64,000 nt of DNA from Pseudomonadota bacterium (GTDB taxonomy: Bacteria; Desulfobacterota; Binatia; UBA1149). The position numbers and the translations under genes are program-made. Below, piece after piece: positions 1 to 8,933 of the stretch (positions are counted from its first letter, which is position 1; each line of letters begins with the position of its first letter). The notes beneath the pieces were generated by a model, which had not been told where the DNA came from, did no database searches, and saw nothing but the letters and a program-made list of their open reading frames with translations. The stretch lies in contig JACNKC010000057.1 of assembly GCA_014382245.1 (NCBI GenBank), positions 174 through 64,173 on the forward strand, read 5' to 3'.

Positions 1-14
1 GCGTTCGGGGGGGG

Positions 15-917
15 TCAAGCCCCGCGGATGAACGAAGAGATCGCTCGCAGCGGCTGCCGAGGGTAGACCTGCCCCTGCTTGGGCGGCATGGAATTGTAAA
101 CGTAATCGAGCTCCAGGTCGGATAGCAGTCGACCCCGGTGCCGCCAGGTACCCCGTACGAGTACGCTCTCCATGTCGAGATTGATGGCAAACACTGACAA
201 TTGCTGACCGGGTCGAGGGGGGCCTGAGCTTGCCCCTGCCGGTGTACCCGACATCAACAGCCGGCCGCTATTGGCGGCGGTGCATGGCAGGGGAAGTGAT
301 AGGCGGGGGTAGCCGTTGTCGGCTATCCAGGATGCGAACTTGAGTGTTCGTGGAGATCGTAGCAGTCGCTGTGCCCAGTTAGACAAGGCCGGGACGCTGC
401 CGGCGTCGCTCACCCGTAGTGTTCGAGCAGCGGCCAGCGCGCCGGCACCAAGCGCCAGGCGCAGCCTGGGCAGCGCGTGGTTCCCGGCGTAGTGAACGAG
501 GTCCAGGTAGTGGACAGTGTGCACGCCGAAGTAGGCGTTGTAGCGAAACATGGGTTTACTGTTGTAAGCGTCGAGGTCGGCGCCCCCGCTTGCCTTCTCC
601 GCCCAGTGCGCCGTACCGCTCCAGCAGCGGCCCCTGCTGTTTACTATCATGAAGGCCGCGCGCGGGTCCGATTGCAGGTGACTCTTGCCCAGCCCCTCGC
701 AGAACTGACCGAACATGAGCCGCGTGGGATCCTTGGCGTTGAGCGAGGTGATGAGCGTCACGTGGGGCAGCCCCTCGGGATCGCGGGTGGCCAGCAGCCC
801 GATTTTGGCGTCGACGCCAAACGCGGCCATGGCGGCTTGGTCCAGGGCGAGAGGGGGAGTAAGCCCGTCGCGGTCGCCGTTACGTGTGGGCACAGTCTTG
901 TTGCTCCTGTTCATCAT
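15..917 (-). CDS. PNPOx-like FMN-binding split-barrel family protein (about 300 aa), last gene of the GRE operon
   Basis: ORF 15..917. The internal segment GLLATRDPEGLPHVTLITSL is typical of pyridoxamine-5'-phosphate-oxidase-like flavin-binding proteins. Its ATG overlaps the stop of the upstream activase (ATGA coupling at 914-917). It is long for this family, so the start or domain structure is uncertain. Confidence 0.45.
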   Translation of the reverse strand: MMNRSNKTVPTRNGDRDGLTPPLALDQAAMAAFGVDAKIGLLATRDPEGLPHVTLITSLNAKDPTRLMFGQFCEGLGKSHLQSDPRAAFMIVNSRGRCWSGTAHWAEKASGGADLDAYNSKPMFRYNAYFGVHTVHYLDLVHYAGNHALPRLRLALGAGALAAARTLRVSDAGSVPALSNWAQRLLRSPRTLKFASWIADNGYPRLSLPLPCTAANSGRLLMSGTPAGASSGPPRPGQQLSVFAINLDMESVLVRGTWRHRGRLLSDLELDYVYNSMPPKQGQVYPRQPLRAISSFIRGA

Positions 918-2020
918 CGTGCTGCTGGTGGCCTGGGGGTTCTCGCTCCAGTCTGTTTGCCGCCCGGATCACAGGGTACTTTCACCGGGCCGGTCACAAC
1001 GATCTTGTCGCCGTCCAGGCCGCACGAATGTGCCACCTGCTGCAGGTTTTCGAGCTCCCCGGCTGCCATGGTCTCGACACCTTCGAGCTCCCACCGGTTT
1101 CCCAACCGTCGGTACTTGTCGCCGGCCATGTTGTTGAAAGCGAGCAGCTCCCAGCGAGTGACGACGTCACCCAGCTTGCCGGCGATGAACTCTCCCAGCC
1201 CGCGCAGGTTTTCTTCGTTGGCGGTGAGCCCCGGCACCAGCGGCGTACGAATCCACAGAGAATCCCGCCTTTGCTGCTCCCTGAATCGCTGTGCGAGGGC
1301 CAGCACGTTGCGTAGGATTTCGTGGTTGGAGCGGCCAGTGAAATCCGCGTGGCGCGCAGAATCTATTTCCTTGAGGTCGTAGAGCACCAGGTCGGCGTGT
1401 CGCGTTGACCGCTCCAGTGCCTGCCACGTGCACTGCCCGCAGGTGTCGATCGCGGTGTGAATGCCTCGCTCGCGGCAGAGCCGCAACAGCTCGGAAGTGA
1501 ACGCGGGTCTAAGCGAGGGTTCACCGCCCGAGACGGTAACCCCGCCGCCCGAGCAGCCGTACCAGGCCAGGTCGCGGACGACCTCGTCGAAAACGTCGGC
1601 AGCCGATCTCCGTTGTCCCAGCAGTTCGAGCGCTGCCCAGGGGCAGGCGTCTGTGCACGCGGCGTTGCAGCCGTTGCCAGCGCTGCAAAGGGCGTGATCG
1701 ATGTGGATGGTGCCGCCCGTCGCTGTTAGTGCCCCTTTCAAACAGGCATCCTGGCACGGTGTAAGCGCTGGCCTGGCGTCGCCGTTGCTCCCGGTCGTGT
1801 TCTCCCGGGGTATGCACCCGCTGCACCTGGATTCGTGCCACGCCACGCACGTGGCCGACTCCACGCTCTCGGGGTTATGACACCACGTGCACTCCAGGCT
1901 GCAACCCTTGAGAAACACGGTCGTGCGTATGCCCGGACCGTCCTCGGTGGACATTCGCTGCAGGTTGAGCACCGTGGCCTCCGTGTTGTCACGGGCGGTC
2001 GACTGCCGGGAAACCATCAC
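914..2020 (-). CDS. Glycyl radical enzyme activating enzyme (radical SAM, with two auxiliary ferredoxin-like clusters)
   Basis: N-terminus VLNLQRMSTEDGPGIRTTVFLKGCSLECTWCHNPES carries the C-x3-C-x2-C radical-SAM motif and the GRE-activase DGPGIRTTVF box. It is followed by CSGC...CQDAC...CSAGNGCNAACTDAC auxiliary cluster motifs. It lies 10 bp downstream of the GRE gene. Confidence 0.85.
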   Translation of the reverse strand: MMVSRQSTARDNTEATVLNLQRMSTEDGPGIRTTVFLKGCSLECTWCHNPESVESATCVAWHESRCSGCIPRENTTGSNGDARPALTPCQDACLKGALTATGGTIHIDHALCSAGNGCNAACTDACPWAALELLGQRRSAADVFDEVVRDLAWYGCSGGGVTVSGGEPSLRPAFTSELLRLCRERGIHTAIDTCGQCTWQALERSTRHADLVLYDLKEIDSARHADFTGRSNHEILRNVLALAQRFREQQRRDSLWIRTPLVPGLTANEENLRGLGEFIAGKLGDVVTRWELLAFNNMAGDKYRRLGNRWELEGVETMAAGELENLQQVAHSCGLDGDKIVVTGPVKVPCDPGGKQTGARTPRPPAAR

Positions 2021-2030
2021 CGGGTCTACG

Positions 2031-4550
2031 CTAGGAATGCGCCTCCCTGGCTATGACTTCGTCCTGCAGTTCGCGGCCTATGCTGGTGAAGTAGGCGTTG
2101 TAGCCGGTGACGCGTACCAGCAGGTGGCGGTACTCGCCGGGGTTGAGCTGGGCGTCGCGCAGGGTGTCGGTGTCGATCACGTTGACCTGCAGGGCAGTGC
2201 CCCCGTTTTCGCAGTAGCCACGAAGAAACCCCTTGAACTTTTCGCGGTGCTCTGCGTCGCGCAGCAGCGATGGACTGAAGCTCATGGTATGGCTGGCGCC
2301 GTTGGGCAACGAGTTGCGGTAGTCCTGCCAATCTCCGTCGCTGCCCCGTCCACCCAGCGCCTGGCCAACCGAGTTGACGTTGGCCGTGGGGCCACTGGTA
2401 TCGGCGCCGTTGGACGGGCAAATGGCGTTGGACAGGAACCTGCCCCGCGGTCTTCCGTCGGCGCTCGCCGCCATGACGTAGCCGCCGTCCACCCAGTAGT
2501 TCCAGCTGAGCATGCCGGGACGAAAGCGCCGGCCGGTGCTGACCGTGCTGTGCTTCCAGGTTTCATCGGTCCACAGGTCCATCACGGCGCAGGCCATGGC
2601 GTCGGCCTCCTGTTGGTCGCGGCCGTACTTGGGCGCGCGCCAGCGGGCCCAGGCCTGCAGGGTCTCGTGCCCGTCCCAGTTGTCGCGCAGGGCCGCGGTC
2701 AGCTCCTCCATCGAGCACAGACCGCGGTCGTAGACCAGGTACTTTATCGCGCACAGCGAGTCCACGGTGGTGGCGAAGGTTACGCCCTCGAGCGTGGTAA
2801 GGTTGATCTCGGCGCCGCCGCGGGTGACGTCGGTGGCCGTTTCGGCGCAGCCGCCCACGAGGCAGGACAAGTAGGGCGTGGGGCTGAAGCGGGCGCGCAG
2901 GCTCTCGGTACGTTCGTAGAGGTCAACGCAACGTTGCACGATGAACTCGTTCTGCCTGCTGTAGGCCGCCCAGAAGTCTTCCCAGCGATCGAACTTCCCG
3001 GCGTCACCCGTGCGCGGGCCGTCTCGGCTGATTTCGCGGGACTCGCCGGTCACGGCGTCCATCGCGGGGGCGAGATCCTCGCCGCCTGTAAGCGCGAGTT
3101 CAACGGCCTTGAGCAGGTTGAGGTTACTGTCAACGGTTCCTGAACGGTCGTTGCCCACCATGGTGTTTTCCAGGCAGCCAACCGGCGCGTACTCGTGGAC
3201 GTTGTCCTCGTTTACGAGGTGCTGGTAGCCGGCCTCGGCGGCTTCGCGCATCATACCGGCCATGGATCTCTCGTCGAAGTTGAGCAGGAAGGGCGATCCG
3301 TGGCTGCGCGAGATCATGTCGACCACGGTGTCGAGCAGGCGGTTGGGAGAACCGCGGTGCAGCCGTACACTCGGCTTGGGCTCCAGTATGGGGCTCATCT
3401 CGTCGATGACCTCGAGGATGGCGTAGGTCAGGTCGTTGGTCGTGTCGACGCCCTCGGCTCCAATGCCCGAAAGCGTTATGAGCTGGCCGAAGCCGGAGGT
3501 GATTCCCTGGTTGCCGCCGATTTTTATCATGGCGTCGTAAGCCGTGTTGGCGTGTACCCAGAAGCAGCGCAGGATTTCTTTGCCGAACTCGCGATCCATT
3601 CCGTTCTCGATCGAGCGGCGCCAGCAGGGGTAGAGGTACTGGTCTACGCGGCCGAAGCTCAGGCCGGGGCCGGGGTAGTTTTCGTCGCTCATCACCAGCA
3701 TGTGGGTGAGCCACAGGGATTGTACTGCCTCCCAGAAGTTACGCGCGGGAAGCCAGGGCACGCGTTCCAGGTTGCGGGCCATGTTCTCGAGCTCCGCCCG
3801 GCGAGCCGGGTCGGCTTCGTCGCGGGCCTCGTCGCGGCAGCACCCGGCGTATTTTCCGGCCAATTCCCCGGGCATGAGAGCAGCAGTCATCATGGCGCGC
3901 AGTTGCGAGCCGGGTTGGCCGTTTTTAGCAGCGTGGTCGAGTGCGTCGTAGCGTTGTTCGAGGTCGCGGTGGATGGCTCCCCAGCCATGCTCGATCACCC
4001 GTGGGTAGTCGGGTAGCAAATGGCCGGAGGTAGCACCCGTGTTGCCGTAGCCGTGCTCGTGGAAATCCTTGATCGCGGCTCTCGTGCCGCGCGGGCCGTT
4101 GACCTCGGCATCGCGTCGACGGGCTTCCTCGCGGTTCCAGCAGCGCGAGGCGAGCAGGTTGAAGCGGGCCCCGGCTATGAGATCACCGGGCAGTATTTCC
4201 CGCGGCAACCTGTTGACCATTATTTCGCGGATCAGCCACGCGCGGCGCTCGGCGAGCCCCCGTTGCCAGAAGTCATCGGGCAGATCGACCCTGCGCGCAG
4301 CCTGCAGGGTGGAAGAGCGGAACGGTTGAAAGAACGCGTAGGTCTCCGGGACGATGTAGTAGGTGGTCTCGTCGTAGACCACGTCCCAGTCGGTACCGGT
4401 TGTCCAGCAACTGAACTCGTTGTTCCACTCGCGGTCTACGCCGCGAAAGTAGTAGTCGCGCAGCCACTGTGCGCGTGGGGACAACGCGCGGGGCGCGGGT
4501 ACAGCGGGTTGCTGTTCGCGGTGATTCGTTGCGTGTGCTGATCCTGCCAT
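2031..4550 (-). CDS. Glycyl radical enzyme (839 aa), eliminase/dehydratase-type rather than PFL-type; substrate unknown
   Basis: C-terminal glycyl radical motif LLVRVTGYNAYFTSI. Single-Cys thiyl loop PVGCLENTMVG (Cys-x-Glu, as in glycerol dehydratase/CutC/HypD/IslA-type GREs, not the CC of PFL). The size is typical of this class. An activase gene lies immediately downstream. Confidence 0.9.
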   Translation of the reverse strand: MAGSAHATNHREQQPAVPAPRALSPRAQWLRDYYFRGVDREWNNEFSCWTTGTDWDVVYDETTYYIVPETYAFFQPFRSSTLQAARRVDLPDDFWQRGLAERRAWLIREIMVNRLPREILPGDLIAGARFNLLASRCWNREEARRRDAEVNGPRGTRAAIKDFHEHGYGNTGATSGHLLPDYPRVIEHGWGAIHRDLEQRYDALDHAAKNGQPGSQLRAMMTAALMPGELAGKYAGCCRDEARDEADPARRAELENMARNLERVPWLPARNFWEAVQSLWLTHMLVMSDENYPGPGLSFGRVDQYLYPCWRRSIENGMDREFGKEILRCFWVHANTAYDAMIKIGGNQGITSGFGQLITLSGIGAEGVDTTNDLTYAILEVIDEMSPILEPKPSVRLHRGSPNRLLDTVVDMISRSHGSPFLLNFDERSMAGMMREAAEAGYQHLVNEDNVHEYAPVGCLENTMVGNDRSGTVDSNLNLLKAVELALTGGEDLAPAMDAVTGESREISRDGPRTGDAGKFDRWEDFWAAYSRQNEFIVQRCVDLYERTESLRARFSPTPYLSCLVGGCAETATDVTRGGAEINLTTLEGVTFATTVDSLCAIKYLVYDRGLCSMEELTAALRDNWDGHETLQAWARWRAPKYGRDQQEADAMACAVMDLWTDETWKHSTVSTGRRFRPGMLSWNYWVDGGYVMAASADGRPRGRFLSNAICPSNGADTSGPTANVNSVGQALGGRGSDGDWQDYRNSLPNGASHTMSFSPSLLRDAEHREKFKGFLRGYCENGGTALQVNVIDTDTLRDAQLNPGEYRHLLVRVTGYNAYFTSIGRELQDEVIAREAHS

Positions 4551-4566
4551 CGTCGTTGTTTCCTTG

Positions 4567-7479
4567 TCAGGCCGAGGCCATCTCGATCCGTGTCTCGCGG
4601 TCGCTCTGCCCGGGTTGCAGCGAGGCTGGTACCGGTCTCAAGTGATTGTAGCCGCCGGCCAGCTCCACCGGGTTGAGCGGGCTCGGTAGTACGTTGCGGT
4701 AGCCCTTGCCGCCGGGAAACTGGTAGTCCTCCCAGGCGTGGTAGAGGATCACCATGCCCGGGCGCACCGCGTTCGATAGCCGGGCCTTAACGCGGAACTC
4801 GCCCAGGTCGTTGAAGAGGCGCACCGTGTCGCCGTCCTTGATGCCGCGGCTGCGCGCGTCGGGTGCCGCTACGAAGGCGGCCGCTTCTCCGCGCTGCAGT
4901 TGCAGCAGCAGGTCGAGGTTGCGCCAGCCGGCGTGGATGCTCCAGCGGGTGTGGCCGCCGCTGAGCACCAGCGGGTAGTCTCCCCCCGGTCGGGGTACGG
5001 GCAGGTGGGCAGGCAGTTCCTGTCCGAGTTCGAGGTACAAGGGGTGGTCGATGTAAAACTGCACCCTGCGGGTGAGCGTGGGCCAGGGGCCGGGATTGCT
5101 GCGACGCCAACCGCGGTTGACCACCGGTTGGTCGGGCGTCACGTCCGTGGCATTGCCCAGGTTGAAAGGGTGCGTGCCTATTCCGGTTATTCTTTTGAAG
5201 CCATCGTGCCGGAGTTCTTCGAAACCGCCGTCCACGAAGCCGGTCTGTTTTACTATTTCGTGTGCGACCTGCGATTGGGCATGTTCGTCGAAGCGGCCGT
5301 TGAAGGTAAAGCGATGGCCGAAATCATCGAGTCTCTGCTCGTTGCCGTGGCGGTCGCGAAAAGAGGAGACGCCCCGTTCGCGCGCGCGTCGTTCCACCCA
5401 CCGGGCCAGCTCCGCGTGCATGTTCCACTCGGGCTTGCACTCGCCCAGGGGTTCGACGGCCGCCTGGGTGATGTGCAGGTAAGGTGAAAGCAGCGTGAAC
5501 CAGTTGGGTACGTCGTCTTTTTCGTAAGAAGACGCGCCTGGCAGCAGTATGTCGGACTGCAGGCAGGTGGTCGACATGCGCAGGTCGCAGGTGACTACCA
5601 GTTTTATTTTCGGCCAGGCCGTTTCGAGCAGGCGTTGCGCGCTACGCAGGCGCCTCAGTAAATTGCTGCCCGCGACCACGAGCACCCGCGGGGGATCTGC
5701 CGGCGGGCGCTTCTGCCAGTTGTTGTTGTAGGACTCCTCGACGTACTCGTCGATGGGGCGGGGCAGTCGCCTGCCGTGCTCGCCGTCGGTCACCCGGGAC
5801 AAACCGCCGTGGCGTCGCCAGTAAAGCACCGACGATACCACCGACGAATCGTTCATGTAGTCGCGAAAGGCGTCGTATACATAGCGCTCGGTACTGTCGC
5901 CCGCCAGTCGCCGGCCGAGCAGCGCGGGTAGGTGCTTGAGCTTGGCGGCCAGTCCCTCCCACTGGCTGGCGCCGACGGAATCCATGCCCTGCGTCCACAG
6001 GAACGGAGTTGTGTCGAAGCCGGCGCCCGGCTTTCCCACGTGCCCGCCCAGCATGAAAAGCAGCAGTTGCGCCCGCATGATGATGTCGCCGTTGTAGAGC
6101 TTGGGAATAGACGAACCGGCTACGCCGGCCATGGCGCGTGCCCCGGCCACCATATCGGCGAAACGGTGGATGGTTTCAGCCGAGCAGCCGCACAGCTCTG
6201 CCGCTTTTTTGGGCGTGTAGTCCGCGTCGAGTCGCTGGCGCAGGATTTCGAGTACCGGGCGCACGCGGACCGGTCCGTTGTTGGTGCTTACCGTGTAGTT
6301 GCCCTCGAGCGCGGGCGTAACCCCTGCCCAGTCCAGGTCGAAGGGAGCGGGGGAGGGCAGGCCGAGCGAGGGATCCCAGGCGTAGAACTGTTCCTGGCGG
6401 CCGCCTGTGACGAGATCGCTTTCGCGCAGGTAGTGGCCGTCGTCTTTTACCAGCAGTACGAGGTCGGTCTGCGAGCGTACGAAGTCAGCGTCTATGCTGC
6501 CTCGTTCCAATAGTACCTGGCAGGCGGCCAGGGCCAACGCGGCGTCGGTCCCGGGGCGCACGCCTATGAACAGGTCGCTGTGGATGCTCGAGGCCGAGTA
6601 GTCGGTGGCGATGGTGACCACGCGGGTGCCGTTGTAACGGGCCTCGTTGATGAAGTGGGCATTGGGAATCTGCGTGTAAACGGGGTTCGCACCCCAGACC
6701 AGTATGAGATCGGAGTGGAAGAAGTCGTCGGCCGAGCGTGACGATACCGGTGTGCCCATGGTCACCGCTGCGCCGGCCTGCCCGTCGTCGAGCTCGGTGT
6801 TGGTGTCGAGCTCTATGCCGTCGAGCATGTCGACCAGGCGCTGCACGCCCAGCCTCCACGTGGCCGACGCCAGGCTGCCACCGGGCTCAAGGGCCACCGA
6901 GTCGGGACCGGCGAGGGTCACCGCGTCGATGAGCTGGTCGGCGGTCTCGCGGTAGGCTTCGTCCCAGCTGATGCGCTTCCATTTGCCCGAGCCTCTGGGC
7001 CCGACACGTCGCAGCGGGTAGCGCAGGCGGTCGGGCGCGTACATGAGCGCGGAGTAGCAGGCGCCTTTCTGGCAGCCGCGGGGATTGAAGTCGGGTACCT
7101 CGTCGTTTACCGCGGGGTACTCGCCGGCCTGTTCCTCGCGCACGACCACCCCGTCGCGCACGTAGACGTCCCAGGAGCAGTTGCGCTGGTACCAGCAGTT
7201 GACGACGTGCGTACAGCGCACGCGCTTGTCCCAGGCAAGCCGTTGCAGGTAGACGTCCTTCCAGTCGCCGTAGCCCCTTGCTGGAGCGTGGGGCGCGACC
7301 GTACTCGCGGTTGACGTTTCGTATTGGCCGGCATCGCGGTGGCAAGCCGGGACCAGCCCGCCCAGCACGAGGATTGCTGCGCCGCTGCTGCCGCGCCTTA
7401 CGAATTCACGCCTGCTTATTGTTGTTGCCACGCTCGCATCCGTGCCACGTCGGCGCGGGGTGTCGCACACCCCACGCAT
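4567..7479 (-). CDS. TAT-exported molybdopterin (bis-PGD) oxidoreductase alpha subunit, type II DMSO-reductase/NarG-like clade
   Basis: Twin-arginine signal SRREFVRRGSSGAAILVLGG. N-terminal FS0 region GDWKDVYLQRLAWDKRVRCTHVVNCWYQRNCSWDVYVRDG closely parallels the NarG/EbdA/SerA block (W.D.YR..W.WDK.VRSTHGVNCTGSCSW.IYVK.G) and is followed by PRGCQKGACYS (NarG PRGCPRGAS-like). At 970 aa it matches the Mo-bisPGD catalytic subunit. No beta/gamma/delta subunit genes are nearby. Confidence 0.8.
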   Translation of the reverse strand: MRGVCDTPRRRGTDASVATTISRREFVRRGSSGAAILVLGGLVPACHRDAGQYETSTASTVAPHAPARGYGDWKDVYLQRLAWDKRVRCTHVVNCWYQRNCSWDVYVRDGVVVREEQAGEYPAVNDEVPDFNPRGCQKGACYSALMYAPDRLRYPLRRVGPRGSGKWKRISWDEAYRETADQLIDAVTLAGPDSVALEPGGSLASATWRLGVQRLVDMLDGIELDTNTELDDGQAGAAVTMGTPVSSRSADDFFHSDLILVWGANPVYTQIPNAHFINEARYNGTRVVTIATDYSASSIHSDLFIGVRPGTDAALALAACQVLLERGSIDADFVRSQTDLVLLVKDDGHYLRESDLVTGGRQEQFYAWDPSLGLPSPAPFDLDWAGVTPALEGNYTVSTNNGPVRVRPVLEILRQRLDADYTPKKAAELCGCSAETIHRFADMVAGARAMAGVAGSSIPKLYNGDIIMRAQLLLFMLGGHVGKPGAGFDTTPFLWTQGMDSVGASQWEGLAAKLKHLPALLGRRLAGDSTERYVYDAFRDYMNDSSVVSSVLYWRRHGGLSRVTDGEHGRRLPRPIDEYVEESYNNNWQKRPPADPPRVLVVAGSNLLRRLRSAQRLLETAWPKIKLVVTCDLRMSTTCLQSDILLPGASSYEKDDVPNWFTLLSPYLHITQAAVEPLGECKPEWNMHAELARWVERRARERGVSSFRDRHGNEQRLDDFGHRFTFNGRFDEHAQSQVAHEIVKQTGFVDGGFEELRHDGFKRITGIGTHPFNLGNATDVTPDQPVVNRGWRRSNPGPWPTLTRRVQFYIDHPLYLELGQELPAHLPVPRPGGDYPLVLSGGHTRWSIHAGWRNLDLLLQLQRGEAAAFVAAPDARSRGIKDGDTVRLFNDLGEFRVKARLSNAVRPGMVILYHAWEDYQFPGGKGYRNVLPSPLNPVELAGGYNHLRPVPASLQPGQSDRETRIEMASA

Positions 7480-7600
7480 CTACGTGGCGGGCAAGGGCAA
7501 CAAGGGCAGCGGAGCGGAAGCCAGTATATTCGACCTGGCCGGCTATGACAACGCTGAATGGGTGACAGTCTTCCCCCGCGATATACGGCCCGGCCAGTTG

Positions 7601-8848
7601 TCAGCGCAGGTTGGCCAGGTCGATGCTCTTGGGGAAAATCCCGCGGTTGGCGCGGTCGCGCTCCTCCAATCGCTCAATTTCAGCTTCGGGCAGGCCGGCT
7701 TCGGCCATCAGTTCACGGGCGTGCTCTCCTAGCACTGGAGAGGCTGAGCCCAGCCCGGGCTCCTGCCCGTCGAAGGCCAGCGGCGGTCGCGGCAAGCGGC
7801 AGCTTCCGCCCTCGGGGTGCTCGGCTTCGACCAGGGTGTTGCCGTGTCGGACCTGGGGATCCTCGTGAACGCGGTTCACCGGGTTCACCCGGGCCGAGGG
7901 CACGTCAAGCTCGTCGAGCAAGCGGCACAGCGATTCGGTGTCGCGGTCGGCGAGTACGGCGTCCATCTCCTCGGCCAGCTGCTGCCTGTTGGCCACGCGC
8001 CCCCCGAAATTGGCAAACCTGGGATCGGCGTGCAGCTGGCAGCCAAGCGCCTCGCACAGGGCGGCAAAGTCGCTGTCGACTATCAGTATGGTCGACACGT
8101 GGCCGTCGCTGGTGGCAAACAACGGGAAGTAATCGGCAAGTGCCCCCTGTTCGTTTATCTCGTCGCCCAGCAGGGTGTGCTGCCACATGGCGTCGGGCCA
8201 CAGGAAGTACAGCCCCGCGTCCATCATCGACACGGGCAGGAACTGGCCCCGGCCGGTACGCTCGCGCTGAAGCAGCGCTGCGGTTACGGCCTGGGCGGCC
8301 GTCATGCCCGAAACCTTGTCGAACAGCACTGTGCGCACGTTGGCCGGCCTGTCGCCGCCGCCCTGCGCCCCGGCCATGCCGATGGTGGCCTGTACCAGGG
8401 GATCGTACACGCGGCGGTGGACGTAGGGCCCCGACTGCCCGTAGCCAGTGATAGACCCGTAGACGAGGCGGGGATTGACGGCTGCCAGCGACTCGTAGTC
8501 GACACCCAGCTTTGCCGTGACCCCGGGGCGGTAGTTTTCGATAAGCACGTCGGCGGTTTCTACCAGACGCCGCAGGATGGCCGCGTCGTCTGCCTGCTTG
8601 AGGTCCAGGGCTATCGAGCGCTTGTTGCGGTTGAGCACCGAGAACTGTGCGGCGACCCCGTTCCGGTTGTTGCCCATGAAACGCGCGAGGTCACCGGTAC
8701 CCGGCGGCTCAACCTTGACCACGTCGGCGCCCTGGTCGGCCAGTATCATGCCGGCAAGCGGACCAGACACAGTGGAGGTGAGTTCGATGACGCGGTAGCC
8801 GGCCAGCGGCCCAGCGACGGTACGTTGACCATATCCTTTATTCGCCAT
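7601..8848 (-). CDS. CoA-transferase family III (CaiB/BaiF/Frc-like) protein
   Basis: GPLAGYRVIELTSTVSGPLAGMILADQGADVVKVEPPG...IENYRPGV...GSITGYGQSGPY are family-III CoA-transferase hallmarks. Start set at internal ATG (MANKGYGQRTVAG, 416 aa) rather than the 603-aa ORF whose N-terminal extension is low-complexity. There is a 120 bp gap to the Mo-enzyme gene on the same strand. Confidence 0.8.
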   Translation of the reverse strand: MANKGYGQRTVAGPLAGYRVIELTSTVSGPLAGMILADQGADVVKVEPPGTGDLARFMGNNRNGVAAQFSVLNRNKRSIALDLKQADDAAILRRLVETADVLIENYRPGVTAKLGVDYESLAAVNPRLVYGSITGYGQSGPYVHRRVYDPLVQATIGMAGAQGGGDRPANVRTVLFDKVSGMTAAQAVTAALLQRERTGRGQFLPVSMMDAGLYFLWPDAMWQHTLLGDEINEQGALADYFPLFATSDGHVSTILIVDSDFAALCEALGCQLHADPRFANFGGRVANRQQLAEEMDAVLADRDTESLCRLLDELDVPSARVNPVNRVHEDPQVRHGNTLVEAEHPEGGSCRLPRPPLAFDGQEPGLGSASPVLGEHARELMAEAGLPEAEIERLEERDRANRGIFPKSIDLANLR

Positions 8849-8933
8849 GGGGGTAATATTTTGACTCGCCCACGCTGTGTCCAATCCCGAAAGTGGGTTA
8901 TCGGACGCTTCCCCCTTTTGATAGGGTTCGCGC

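Noticed and set aside
419-2056. Multiple plus-strand ORFs (e.g. 477..1382, 884..1315, 1887..3143) overlapping the activase/GRE genes
   Set aside because: Antisense shadow ORFs typical of about 70% GC DNA. Their proteins are Arg/Ala/Gly/Val-rich with no motifs, whereas the minus-strand frames carry unmistakable radical-SAM and GRE signatures.
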